In this document: piece by piece, positions 38,126-50,300 of the stretch
Layout: the number at the start of each line of letters is the position of its first letter
How positions within the stretch are numbered: position 1 is the first letter of the stretch
DNA from: Octopus sinensis
Lineage: Eukaryota
Length of the DNA stretch: 64,000 nucleotides
Assembly: GCF_006345805.1 (NCBI RefSeq)
Contig: NC_042997.1
Coordinates: 205,902,001-205,966,000 of the forward strand
Direction: 5' to 3'
Position numbers and translations under genes: made by a program
The notes under the pieces: generated by a model
What the model was told of the DNA's origin: nothing
The model's database searches: none
The model's input: only the letters and a program-made list of their open reading frames with translations

Positions 38126-40431
38126 AATGCATGCATTGCATAGGTTATCTACAGCTGTTCTCATCCATATGGAACCCATGACCAAACCAGCACAGTCGTT
38201 TCTCTTGCACACCACATCTGATGCTTCTTATGTTCAGCCTTTCTCTCAGGGTGCTTACACTTTGTCATGTATGCACACTGACATTGCATATCCAGCGGAG
38301 CACACTGGCTTCATTACTTTCAAGCCTACATATGTCCTCAGAAGTCACAGCCCATGTTTTGCTGCCATGTAGCATGGTTGTTCACACACATACTTAATGT
38401 AGTCTACCTTCACTCTGAGAGAGAGGCCCTTTTTCACCAGCAGACGTAAGAGCTCCCTGAACTTTGCCCAGGCTATTCTTATTCTAGCAGCTACACTCTC
38501 AGAGCAACCACCCCCACTACAGACTTAGTCACCTAGACAATAGAATCTGTCAACTGCATCTAGTTTTACCCCTGGAATGTGATGAAATCTATTTTCTGTA
38601 CATCTTTGAAGTTTATTGCCGTTGTGCACCTGCCACACACAAAAACTATCTTCTCAGTTAACCTTCCTTTGATATTGCTGTACCTCTTATGTGTCTATAG
38701 CTTACACTGGGTGCATCATATGAAGTTTCTATCTATGCCTTTTCTACAGATCAAGCAGGGCCATCAACCTGAAGGGATTTGTGGTTTGTCTGCCTTCCTA
38801 CTTATTAAGACTTTGGTTTTAGCTTTGTTGACTCTAAGGTCCTTCGATTCTAATCCTTGTTTTCACACTTGAAACTTCTCGAGTTCTGATAGGGACTCAG
38901 CTATTAGAGCAAGGTCACCAGCATAGAGGAGCTCCCAGGGGCAGCCTCCCTTGAATTCCTCTTTTATTGCCTGGAAGACTTTGATGAATAAGATGGGGCT
39001 GAGGACTGATCCTTGGTGAACCCCTACTTCTACCCAGAATTCTTCATTATACTCCTTGCTAACCCTCACCTTACTGACAGCATCCCTGTATATGGCTTGT
39101 ATGGCTCTCACCAACCACTCATCCATCCCCAGTTTACACATTGCCACCAGATAAGGGATCGGGGACCCTGTCGAAGGCTTTCTCCATGTCAACGAAAGCC
39201 AGGTACAGAGGTTTATCTTTGGCTAGGTATTTCTCCTGCAGCTGTCTTACCAGAAATATGGCATCAGTGGTGTTTCTCCCTGGCACAAACCCAAACTGCA
39301 TCTCATCCAAACTGACTCTATCCCTAATTAGTTGGGCTATGAACCTCTCCATGACCTTCATTAGCTGATCCAACAGCTTGATACCTCTGTAATTATCCAT
39401 ATCTAATGCGTCACCTTTACCTTTGTAGCAGTTGGCTATTATGCTGCTACACCAGTCATTGGGTATAACTCCTTCATGTATCACCTGGTTGGCTATATGG
39501 ATGACTAGAATATACTGCATCTCAGCAGTACTTCTTTATGGACCAGAGGATTTCCTTGTCTTCATACCCTTAATTGCTTTCTCTGTCAAGGTACTGTCAA
39601 TTTGAATAGCTGGTCCCTATGTTGGGTCAGTATTTTTCCATGTCTCTCTCTTTGCAGCCTCATTAAATGCAAGTGAGCCATCATCCATGCGGACACAGTT
39701 CTCTCCTATGACATCATGATTCTCTCTCCCACACATCTTGCAGCACGAAACACTTCAAGTCTCTGGTCCTCATGGAGCAGAACATTGGCAAATTTTTTCT
39801 CATCTCTGGCTAAGTAAACTTGTCTCCTAGCTTCTCTTGTGGCAATCTGATACAGTTCCCTGCCACCAACTGACTTCCCATCCTTACATGCCTGAGTCTC
39901 TTTCCTAATGGCCTCATAAGCTACATTGTTCCACCACCATGACACCTTAGAAAGAGAGGGGACTTTACACTGTCCAAAGATCTGGTCAGTAGCCCTCAAC
40001 ACGTTCTGTTGGAACTTCCAGTTGTCTTCCACATAATGTGATGCTATATCCTCCTCTATTTTGTAAAAAGCTTCCAGTAATACGTCTCTAAATCTCTGTC
40101 CATTCAGATGATCCTTAAGCTTCCAGACCCTTCTTTTCTATATTGGTCATCTTCTGAGCATCTATTTAGCCCTAATCGCAAAGTCACTAACTACTAATCT
40201 ATGTTGTGGTATGCATTCTTCACCTGGTAAATCTGGGCACTTATAAGCAGCCATCTTTCCTGTTTCCTGGTGAGGATGTAGTCAATCTGACTAGTGTGCC
40301 CACAGACTGGTAGATGAATGGGTGTCTGACAGGTTTCCTGAAGTTAGTATTACAGATCGTAAGGTCATTTGCATTACAGAACTCCAACAGCCTGGTTCCC
40401 TCCTCATTCCGGAAACCAAACCTGTTGCCAC

Positions 40432-40667
40432 TGTTGTTGTTATATATATATAGTATTGAGTATTAAAGGAAGTAGTGAGTACTTAGTATGAAAGATTAAG
40501 AAAATGAGAGAGACTGAAACAACGTGTTAACGATACAAGATACTTTATTCGACTGCCGTTGTTGTACAAGTTAATTGTTTTGGCGGGAAACAAAGTGAAA
40601 GTCCTTTTATCAAGGGAGACAATGGGCGACGTTGATTGTTCATGTTTGCTGTGATGATTATATAACA
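40432..40667 (-). repeat. 3' LTR of the gag-only element
   Basis: 236 bp. AATAAA (minus strand) at ~40544-40549 and TATA-like GATAAAAG at ~40604-40611. Confidence 0.95.
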
Positions 40668-41130
40668 TCTTCCTTTTTTTTTTTTTTTTAAATTTTTTTT
40701 TTATATCATCTGTATCTACAGGGAATAATTATTCGTCGTCCACTTTTTGTTGTTTTATTATTTTGTAGTGTTGAATTCTGTAGTTGTGCTGTTTTTGTTT
40801 TTTCATGCGTGTTTGTTGACTTTGGAAATATATTTTCATAATCTAATTCTTCTGTTATGCGAACGTGTTCGTTTGTTTTAAGAATATGTTGTCTATTTCG
40901 TTTGACTGTATTACCTTCCTCTGTTATTACTAAGTATGAACGAGGTTGCTCTAGTTTTTTAATTATTTTTCCCCTTCTAAACCAATTGTTGTTAAACTTA
41001 ACTCTAACCGTGTCGTGTGGTTTTAACTCTGGGAGTTCTGTTGTAATGTTTGATTTCTTCTTTTCGTGAAGCCTGATACCAATTTTGTCGTGTAGTATGT
41101 TTGGGAGATTTGTTCACAATGTTCTATTCA

Positions 41131-42210
41131 TTATTTGATTTGCAGTTGTGGTTTTGGAATTATATTTCTATATTCTCTGAATGGCAGTACGGTTATGTCT
41201 GCTCCTGTATCTATTTTGAATGTTACATTCGAGTTGTTCACTTTTAGTTCGACCGTCCAAATGTCTTTTGGAGTCTTGAACTTTTCGATTTTGTGCACGC
41301 GGGAATTATTTGCAGTGATCATTTCGAGTACATGTGTATCGTCATCTGATTCATCGTCGGTATGTATCTCTACTTTATGTACAAATTTTCTTGATTTGCA
41401 CATTTTTGCATAGTGTCCTTGTTTCTTGCATTTTTCACATGTCTTGTGAAATGCTGGGCATTTATTTCTTTTGTGATTATAACCACAATAGTGACAGTTA
41501 GTGACGTAGTGTTGACTTGGCGCTTGAAACTTCGCGGGCTTTCTGTCACTTCCGCCTTGTTCGTTTTGATGTCTGGATTGCATATGGCGGGTTATTTGAG
41601 TTTTGGCGCCTTTTCTGTCGTGTTGACTATATACCCTCGAGATTTCGTTATCTCTTGTTTCGGATGTGGCATTTAGCATCCTTGATTGGAGTCGTGTTTG
41701 CTCTGCACTCTGACCTGCTTGAATTGTTTTTTGTAGGTCTAAATTTGGTTCTCTCAATAATCTTTCTCTTAATCTCATGTCTCTGATTCCACATATCAGA
41801 ATATCTTTGGTGAGACTGTCTGTGAGGTTGCCGAATTCGCACTGTTGTGCCTTTTGGCGCAACTCTACTACGTACTCATTGAATTTTTGATGTTCCGCTT
41901 GTCCACATGTGAAGAATTTGTGTCTTAGGAAAGTTATGTTTTTCCTGGGTTCACAATATGCATCGAATTTTTCGATTACTGTCTGAAGGTTCATTTCTTC
42001 GTCGGGTGAATCGAAATCCAGTGTGGAATGGATATCTCGGCCTTTAGAACCGATGCAAGTTAAAAACATTGAAGTTTTTACATTGTCTGGCTTCATGTCA
42101 CTTTCTGTTGCTATCAAAAAGAGATTGAATTCTTTTTTCCACTTTTTCCATGCTGCGGCTAGATTTTCCTGATTAAAGTCTAGGTCTTTTGGATGCGGTA
42201 AATTTTCCAT
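41131..42210 (-). CDS. gag: Intact Mag-type Gag (359 aa from the first ATG) fused to the N-terminal half of an aspartic protease
   Basis: MENLPHPKDLDF..WKKWKKEFNLFL..RKNITFLRHKFF..ICGIRD..LRERLL. Twin knuckles CHYCGYNHKRNKC and CEKCKKQGHYAKMC. Protease FKIDTGADITVL, then a stop after PKPQLQIK. Confidence 0.9.
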   Translation of the reverse strand: MENLPHPKDLDFNQENLAAAWKKWKKEFNLFLIATESDMKPDNVKTSMFLTCIGSKGRDIHSTLDFDSPDEEMNLQTVIEKFDAYCEPRKNITFLRHKFFTCGQAEHQKFNEYVVELRQKAQQCEFGNLTDSLTKDILICGIRDMRLRERLLREPNLDLQKTIQAGQSAEQTRLQSRMLNATSETRDNEISRVYSQHDRKGAKTQITRHMQSRHQNEQGGSDRKPAKFQAPSQHYVTNCHYCGYNHKRNKCPAFHKTCEKCKKQGHYAKMCKSRKFVHKVEIHTDDESDDDTHVLEMITANNSRVHKIEKFKTPKDIWTVELKVNNSNVTFKIDTGADITVLPFREYRNIIPKPQLQIK

Positions 42211-42288
42211 TTCGTCTTTGAAGTATGATTTCAACTTCTTTTTTCCTTTGGTTTCTGTATTTTGGGTTCTTTTAGTATTCTGACACCA

Positions 42289-42524
42289 TGTTGTTGTTAT
42301 ATATATATAGTATTGAGTATTAAAGGAAGTAGTGAGTACTTAGTATGAAAGATTAAGAAAATGAGAGAGACTGAAACAACGTGTTAACGATACAAGATAC
42401 TTTATTCGACTGCCGTTGTTGTACAAGTTAATTGTTTTGGCGGGAAACAAAGTGAAAGTCCTTTTATCAAGGGAGACAATGGGCGACGTTGATTGTTCAT
42501 GTTTGTTGTGATGATTATATAACA
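42289..42524 (-). repeat. 5' LTR of the gag-only element
   Basis: 236 bp, directly abutting the PBS. Confidence 0.95.
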
Positions 42525-43149
42525 GCCACCATGTACACCAGAGAAGCCCCCTGCATGGTATCCAACATGTCCATTGAAGCCACCAGCCACAAAGAGAAGG
42601 TCCCTGTCATTCGTTGATGAGGTAGTCTGCAAGAGTGGGTCATAAGATTGGTCTTTGTGTTCATCAGAAAGCCCCAGCTGAGGGGTATAAACCGAGACAA
42701 TGGTTGCTAATCGATGCTGTAGCACTAGTCTAAGATTAAGTATTCTATCACAGACTCTGACTACCTTGATTACCTTAACAACCCATTTCTCTGCAAGGAG
42801 TATACCCATTCCCCCAACCCCATCAGTGTTCCCGACCCAGAAAATCTTATACCTATGTTCTTTGCCTGTGAGGAACCTGGCAGAACTTCCTCTCCACCTT
42901 ACTTCTTGGATGCTGCACTAATCTACATGTCTCCATTCAAGCATCTGAACAATCTTACCAGACCTGCCTTTCAATGTGAGCCTGTGGAATGTGTGGACCA
43001 GCGACACACTGGGGTGGGGGACAGCAGTATTATGAATCTGGAAAGAAAGTTTGACCTTGGATTTGCGCATACTAGATCATTATCCAATAAGATTCAATGT
43101 GCTTAATTAAGTGTTCGGGTGCATGCTTTGGTGCCCAGACTCAAACACT

Positions 43150-44675
43150 TTTCCCAATTATGCTTTGTGGCTCAGTTTCCGTTACTGACTGCAAATTTTG
43201 TTCATAAAATTCCACTTTACCTATCACTTTTACTTGGGTTGCCTGGCCATATTTTTGCCTAGCAACTCATCAATTAACAATTTATTAAAGCATCTGCTAC
43301 ATAAAAGTAGCCTTTTTGTGCTCGATATCAGTTCATGTTTTGATTACTGCTTCTTTTGATTAACCAAAGTATTAATTAGAGAATTTGCTGTAGTTCAGCA
43401 TCATTTTTTTGAGTAAAAAATAGACATTTTCGTGTTTGATATCACTTTTTGATTACTGCTTCTTGTTTTGCCATAGTTCGGCATCAATTTTGGAGTAAAA
43501 ATAGATGTTTTCCTGTTTGAAATCACTTTTTGATTACTACTTCTTTTGAGCAGCCAACGTTTTTTGTTTTCACCAACCTACAAGCACAGTAGACAGTTTT
43601 TGTGCTTGCAACCTGTCTACGATTCTTTTACTGTTTTTAAATAGCCCTTTGTTTTCCATCTGGGTACTGCTTCTGCCATTATCATTTTGATTATTGCTTT
43701 GCCATTGCTTAAAATCGTGTGCTTATCGGTTGCCCCAAACTATCTCACTTAGTCCACAAAAACTAAATCCATTTAAAGTTCACTAATTTCAATAAATTGC
43801 TAAAATGCCCCCAAAGAAGAGTGCTCGCATTGGAAGAAGGACAGCTGATTCAGAGGCTAAGAGGGCCAGAACGGCCAATGAGGTGCCCCAAGACAGAGCT
43901 ACTCGATTAGCTCAGAATGCCACTGCCATGGCCAATGCAAGGGCAGTTGAAACCACAGAACAAACACAGGCCTGCCATTCTCAAGATGCCACTGCCATTG
44001 CCAACACATGATCTACAGAAACCTCTGAGCAGAGGCGCACAAGGCAATAGAAACAATCTGCGGTGCGAGGCTAGAGTTGAAATTTCAAGCCCAAAGCCTC
44101 AATTCTGGAGCATGAAGGCCTTCAACTACGTTCCAACGATGAACTACTCCTCTCGCTCTGACATTCGTATTGGAAATATGTGCTCAATCTACGACCATTG
44201 CAGTGCAATGAAATGGCCCGGTGAGACACCCAGCATGTGCTGTTCCAAGGGCAAAGTCCAGCTCCCTCCTTTTCAAAACCCTCCACAGCCTCTTCAGGAC
44301 CTTCTCACTGGCACTGTCCCAAGCTCATCGGATTTTCTACAAGCCATCCGAATCTACAATTCTGCATTCCAGATGACATCTTTTGGCGCCAAAGTTGTCC
44401 AAGCGGAAGGGTGGATGCTCACCTTTAAGGTGCAGGGGTAAGTGTACCACCTGATTGGATCTCTGCTGCCAACAAACAACAACTTACCGGCGAAGTCTAA
44501 TGAATATCAATTACTCCCATAAAAAGCTCCAACTAGCTCAAAAACAACAAAACTGGCCCGGGCTGAAATGTGATAAGAAACTTAACTCTTGATTTAGTGA
44601 GAAATTTTTACTGCGACCCAGCAATGAACAACAAGCATTAGCACTAGACTTGGCGACGCCAGGTCATAGTGCTAG
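43150..44675 (+). mobile_element. Internally deleted Helitron (RepHel N-terminus plus 3' terminus); 5' end not defined
   Basis: HCSAMKWPGETPSMCCSKGKVQLPP..IRIYNSAFQMTSFG..TFKVQG*VYHLIGSLLP. 3' hairpin tggcg-a-cgcca (44651-44661) then CTAG|T at 44672-44675. Confidence 0.8.
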
Positions 44676-44789
44676 TAATGATAATAATGATGATGATAAG
44701 AAGAAAAAGAAAAATGGTTTCAAATTTTTCACAAGGGCAGCAATCTTGGTGGGAGGATCACTTACAATGACCTCAGTGTTAATATAATG

Positions 44790-46600
44790 ATGATGATGGA
44801 TTTCTTTTATTAGCCAGAAGGGCACAAGCCATGGAGGACAAAATTGAAGGACGAGTTACAGTACACATGCAAAAAAACACAACAAAACAAAAATTAGAAC
44901 AACATTGAATTAACATCGATTTAGGGGGTGATACTATCACATTATAGGATATAACAGAGGATATATAATAGGAAGTAGAACAATAAATAGAATTTCCAAT
45001 AGCATAGCAGTCCACTTAGGGCAATCTTGGGTAAACACCTCACAAAAATCCCAGATTACTCAGCCATTTCCAAGGCATGGGAAAGGGCCCCTCTTCCAGT
45101 TTCTTTCCTCCTGCTTAGAAAGGCATATTCAGAGTAGATGCATTCTGTCTCACCAGGCTTGCTACTGTCGACTAGCTTTTGACAAATACACTAGAAGGCA
45201 GAACCTCCCTCTCTACCCACACCTTCCTTTTCAAATATTTGAAGAAATTGATAAGGGCTTGACCAGATAGGAAATTGGTGATCTTCAAACCTTTCAGATC
45301 GGTCCACCACACAGCCTCTTTTGCCACTGCCACTAAGCAGCGAAAGATCTGTCTTCCTTCTCTGAAAAAGGAAGGTGGTGTTGTGCCGACCTTCACATTA
45401 CACTCAGCAAACAGTTGAATTCATCTTGCATGCAACAACAGCTGCTCCACACACTCCCACAACTCTCTAATGCACGGACACTGAATGCAAGATGGTTTCA
45501 TCCCCCTGCAAGCATCTCAAACAGATTTGACTGTTGGCACTTCCTTGCCTGAATAGCTTGTCTCGAAAGGGCAGTGCCCCTCTGTAGCACTGCTATACCA
45601 AAGACTTTTGGAAACTGTCCATGATCTTCAACCCAAAGTTCCTCTGAAAGAAACTACTCAGACTGTTCTCATTGAAGCCTAGATTCAATCCTAGGCCATC
45701 CTCATTCACACCCTCAACTAATCCCCAATAGAAATCTTGGGTTACTTTCCAGCTAATGATTTTGTGCATCTGGTACAATGCAATGAGTGCCTAACAACAT
45801 TCTAGATGCCAAATGCTGACCCTTGCTCTATGTTTGACCCATGACTACTGCTCTGCTAATGAGATGAGCTGCAGAAGGACATGTCACACGTAGGACACCC
45901 ACACCATGTCACCCTTATTTTCATCATCGTCACCCACATAAACTCAGTGATCTAGGTATTTGTGTAGGTGTGACAGTCTCAAAGTGTGCTGTCACATCAT
46001 TAAGGATGGCATCCCAATCCCACCATAGTGTAACAGGTGACAAAAGATGGATTTTCTGACCAGTGGAACCTGAACCTTCAAGAAGAATTGGAAAAGCAAG
46101 CACTCCAATCTGGTCAGAGTTTTCTTAGGTGAAGTTTGATGCTGATACTGCTGCTGATGGTTAGAATATTATTGCTGTTGTTGCTACTGCTGGTTTCGTT
46201 ACTAATATTATTGTTGTGCATGTTGTTCTTGTTAATTTCGTTGTTGTTGTTGTTGGAGATGTCACAGGTCATACTGGTGTCAATGGTCTTACTTCAGTTG
46301 TTGGCAATATTGGTGGTGGTGGGGTTGGTGGTGGTGGTGGTGGTGTTATTGTCCGTAGGTTCTTTGCAAAAGTCAAAGGAACTGACAACATCAATGCTTG
46401 GTTGACTACTTCACCATGGGTCTCTTGAACATGTGGAAACAAATACCTTTTCTCCTACAAACACTATTTAGAAGAGTACTGGCCATGTTGTGGAAAGGAA
46501 TACATTGAAAATATATCCAGGAAAGATTTTGGAATGGGCAGAAATCCCATTCTGTAATTAAAACAGGATGAATCTCTTCTAGAAGACACTTGGATACGTC
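44790..46600 (-). mobile_element. Tx1/L1-like element 3' end (zf-RVT) joined to ORF1-like low-complexity sequence
   Basis: CLRCLQGDETILH..QCPCIRELW zinc motif, AKEAVWWT block, 3' tail gctaataaaagaaatcc(atc)n. Confidence 0.7.
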
Positions 46601-46709
46601 TGCCAAAAATTAGTTATTAATTTCAGCAGCCAAAAAAATGGCAAAAGATAAACACAATTAGAGGAAACTCACCAGCGATGATTCAGACGTGGATTCCATG
46701 TGTGAAGAC

Positions 46710-46759
<50 letters not shown>

Positions 46760-46789
46760 TATTAATAATAATTTCAAATTTTTGCCGCA

Positions 46790-46980
46790 AGGGCAGCTCT
46801 GGGGAGATGAGGATGAGTCACTCACATTGACCCCAGTGTTAAACTAGTATTTATTTTATCAAACTTCAAAGAATGATAAATAAAATCAACCTCATGGAAA
46901 TTCAACTCAGAACACAGCGAGGGGTGACATACCACTACGCATTTACTCCCGTGTGCTAACAATTCTGCCATCATACCACC
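46790..46980 (-). mobile_element. SINE family A, decayed
   Basis: Reverse-complement core (cattgaccccagtgtt..tatttattttatc) between (TAA)n and (TAG)n tracts. Confidence 0.65.
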
Positions 46981-47382
46981 TTAATAAAAATAAGAGTAGT
47001 AGTAGTAGTAGTAGTAGTAGTTGTAGTAGTAGTAGTAGTAGTAATGATGATGATGATGATAATCAACTCTACTGGGAGCACAGGGCCTCAACGATAATAA
47101 CATCACAAAGGCAATCTTGGGGTGCTCTGTAAAAGTGTCTATGGGGTGTCAGGTAAAAGTAGCCAACATGTCCTGTAAAGTGGTTCCTATAAGGAAGGAG
47201 ATACAGCTGTAGAAATCATGTAAATTCAGATTGAAGACTGGAGCAGCTCTCCAGCTTCCAAGGTCTGTTCAAACAGTTCAACACATGCCACCATGGACAA
47301 CGGATCTACATGATGATGATGATGGTAGCATGTAAGATATATTATTGCTATAATGAATCTTACCATCATAACAATGTTTAAT

Positions 47383-50300
47383 ATTCCAGTGATGTTTATG
47401 GTCAATACAATAAGTACCAGTTGAGCACTGGGGTTGACGTAATTCACTTAGTCACTCTCCTGAAATTGCTGGCCTTGTACCAAAATTTGAAACCAAAATT
47501 CCAGTGATGTTTATGGTCAATAAAATAAGTACCAGTTGAGCACTGGGGTTGATGTAATTGACTTATCCACTCTCCTGAAATTGCTGGCCTTGTGCCAAAA
47601 TTTGAAACCAAAATTTCAGTGATGTTTATGGTCAATAAAATAAGTACCAGTTGAGCACTGGGGTTGATGTAATTGACTTAGCCACTCTCCTGAAATTGCT
47701 GGCCTTGTGCCAAAATTTGAAACCAAAATTTCAGTGATGTTTATGGTCAATAAAATAAGTACCAGTTGAGCACTGGGGTTGATGTAATTGACTTAGCCAC
47801 TCTCCTGAAATTGCTGGCATTGTGCCAAAATTTGAGACCAAAATTCCAGTGATGTTTATGGTCAATACAATAAGTACCAGTTAAGCACTGGGGTTGATGC
47901 AATTCACTTAGACACTCTCCTACATTGCTGGCCTTGTGCCAAAATTTGAAACAAACATTCCAGTGATGTTTATGGTCAATAAAATAAGTACCAGTTGTGC
48001 ACTGCGGTTGATGTAATTGACTTAGCCACTCTCCTGAAATTGCTGGCCTTGTGCCAAGATTTGAAACAAACATTCCAGTGATGTTTATGGTCAATAAAAT
48101 AAGTACCAGTTAAGCAATGGGGTTGATGTAATTCACTTAGACACTCTCCTAAATTGCTGGCCTTGTCCCAAAATTTGAAACCAACATTCCAGTGATGTTT
48201 ATGGTCAATACAATAAGTACCAGTTGAGCACTGGGGTTGATGTAATTGACTTAGCCACTCTCCTGAAATTGCTGGCCTGGTGCCAAAATTTGAAACCAAA
48301 ATTCCAGTGATGTTTATGGTCAATAAAATAAATACCAGTTAAGCACTGGGGTTGATGTAATTCACTTAGACACTCTCCTAAATTGCTGGCCTTGTGCCAA
48401 AATTTGAAACAAACATTCCAGTGATGTTTATGGTCAATACAATAAGTACCAGTTGAGCACTGAATTGATGTAATTGACTTAGCCACTCTCCTGAAATTGC
48501 TGGCCTTGTGCCAAAATTTGAAACAAACATTCCAGTGATGTTTATGGTCAATAAAATAAGTACCAGTTGAGCACTGGGGTTGATGTAATTGACTTAGCCA
48601 CTCTCCTGAAATTGCTGGTCTTGTGCCAAAATTTGAAACCAAAATTCCAGTGATGTTTATGGTCAATAAAATAAGTACCAGTTAAGCACTGGGGTTGATG
48701 TAATTCACTTAGACACTCTCCTAAATTGCTGGCCTTGTGCCAAAATTTGAAACAAATATTCCAGTGATGTTTATTGGTCAATAAAATAAGAACCAGTTGT
48801 GCACTGGGGTTGATGTAATTGACTTAGCCACTCTCCCGAAATTGCTGGCCTTGTACCAAAATTTGAAACCAAAATTCCAGTGATGTTTATGGTCAATAAA
48901 ATAAGTACCAGTTGAGCACTGGAGTTGATGTAATTGACTTAGCCACTCTCCTGAAATTGCTGGTCTTGTGCCAAAATTTGAAACCAAAATTCCAGTGATG
49001 TTTATGGTCAATAAAATAAGTACCAGTTGAGCACTGGTGTTGATGTAATTGACTTATCCACTCTCCTGAAATTGCTGGCCTTGTGCCAAAATTTGAAACC
49101 AAAATTTCAGTGATGTTTATGGTCAATAAAATAAGTACCAGTTGAGCACTGGGGTTGATGTAATTGACTTAGCCACTCTCCTGAAATTGCTGGTCTTGTG
49201 CCAAAATTTGAAACAAACATTCCAGTGATGTTTATGGTCAATAAAATAAGTACCAGTTGAGCACTGGGGTTGATGTAATTGACTTATCCACTCTCCTGAA
49301 ATTGCTGGCCTTGTGCCAAAATTTGAAACCAAAATTTCAGTGATGTTTATGGTCAATAAAATAACTACTAGTTGAGCACTGGGGTTGATGTAATTGACTT
49401 ATCCACTCTCCTGAAATTGCTGGCCTTGTGCCAAAATTTGAAGCCAAAATTTCAGTGATGTTTATGGTCAATAAAATAAGTACCAGTTGAGCACTGGGGT
49501 TGATGTAATTGACTTAGCCACTCTCCTGAAATTGCTGGCCTTGTGCCAAAATTTGAAACCAAAATTTCAGTGATGTTTATGGTCAATAAAATAAGTACCA
49601 GTTGAGCACTGGGGTTGATGTAATTGACTTAGCCACTCTCCTGAAATTGCTGGCCTTGTGCCAAAATTTGAAACGAAAATTTCAGTGATGTTTATGGTCA
49701 ATAAAATAAGTACCAGTTGAGCACTGGGGTTGATGTAATTGACTTAGCCACTCTCCTGAAATTGCTGGCATTGTGCCAAAATTTGAGACCAAAATTCCAG
49801 TGATGTTTATGGTCAATACAATAAGTACCAGTTGAGCACTGGGGTTGATGCAATTCACTTAGCCACTCTCCTACATTGCTGGCCTTGTGCCAAATTTGAA
49901 ACAACATTCCAGTGATGTTTATGGTCAATAAAATAAGTACCAGTTGAGCACTGGGGTTGATGTAATTGACTTAGCCACTCTCCTGAAATTGCTGGTCTTG
50001 TGCCAAAATTTGAAACAAACATTCCAGTGATGTTTATGGTCAATAAAATAAGTACCAGTTGAGCACTGGGGTTGATGTAATTGACTTATCCACTCTCCTG
50101 AAATTGCTGGCCTTGTGCCAAAATTTGAAACCAAAATTTCAGTGATGTTTATGTTCAATAAAATAACTACTAGTTGAGCACTGGGGTTGATGTAATTGAC
50201 TTATCCACTCTCCTGAAATTGCTGGCCTTGTGCCAAAATTTGAGACCAAAATTTCAGTGATGTTTATGGTCAATAAAATAAGTACCAGTTGAGCACTGGG

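Larger units (their letters stand above)
40432..42524 (-). mobile_element. Young non-autonomous Mag/Gypsy LTR retrotransposon (2,093 bp): gag plus truncated protease plus integrase tail
   Basis: LTRs 40432-40667 and 42289-42524 (236 bp, TG...CA, one C/T difference). TSD GCCAC at 40427-40431 and 42525-42529. PBS TGGTGTCAGAA (42288-42278). PPT at 40668-40689. Confidence 0.95.
38125..42960 (-). mobile_element. RTE-clade LINE (APE plus RT) interrupted by an LTR element at 40432-42524
   Basis: NYRGIKLLDQLMK, QFGFVPGRNTTDAIF, AFVDMEKAFDRVP, GVHQGSVLSP. Removing the insert restores GFSGVHGG|NRFGFRNEEGTRLLEFC. Confidence 0.92.
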
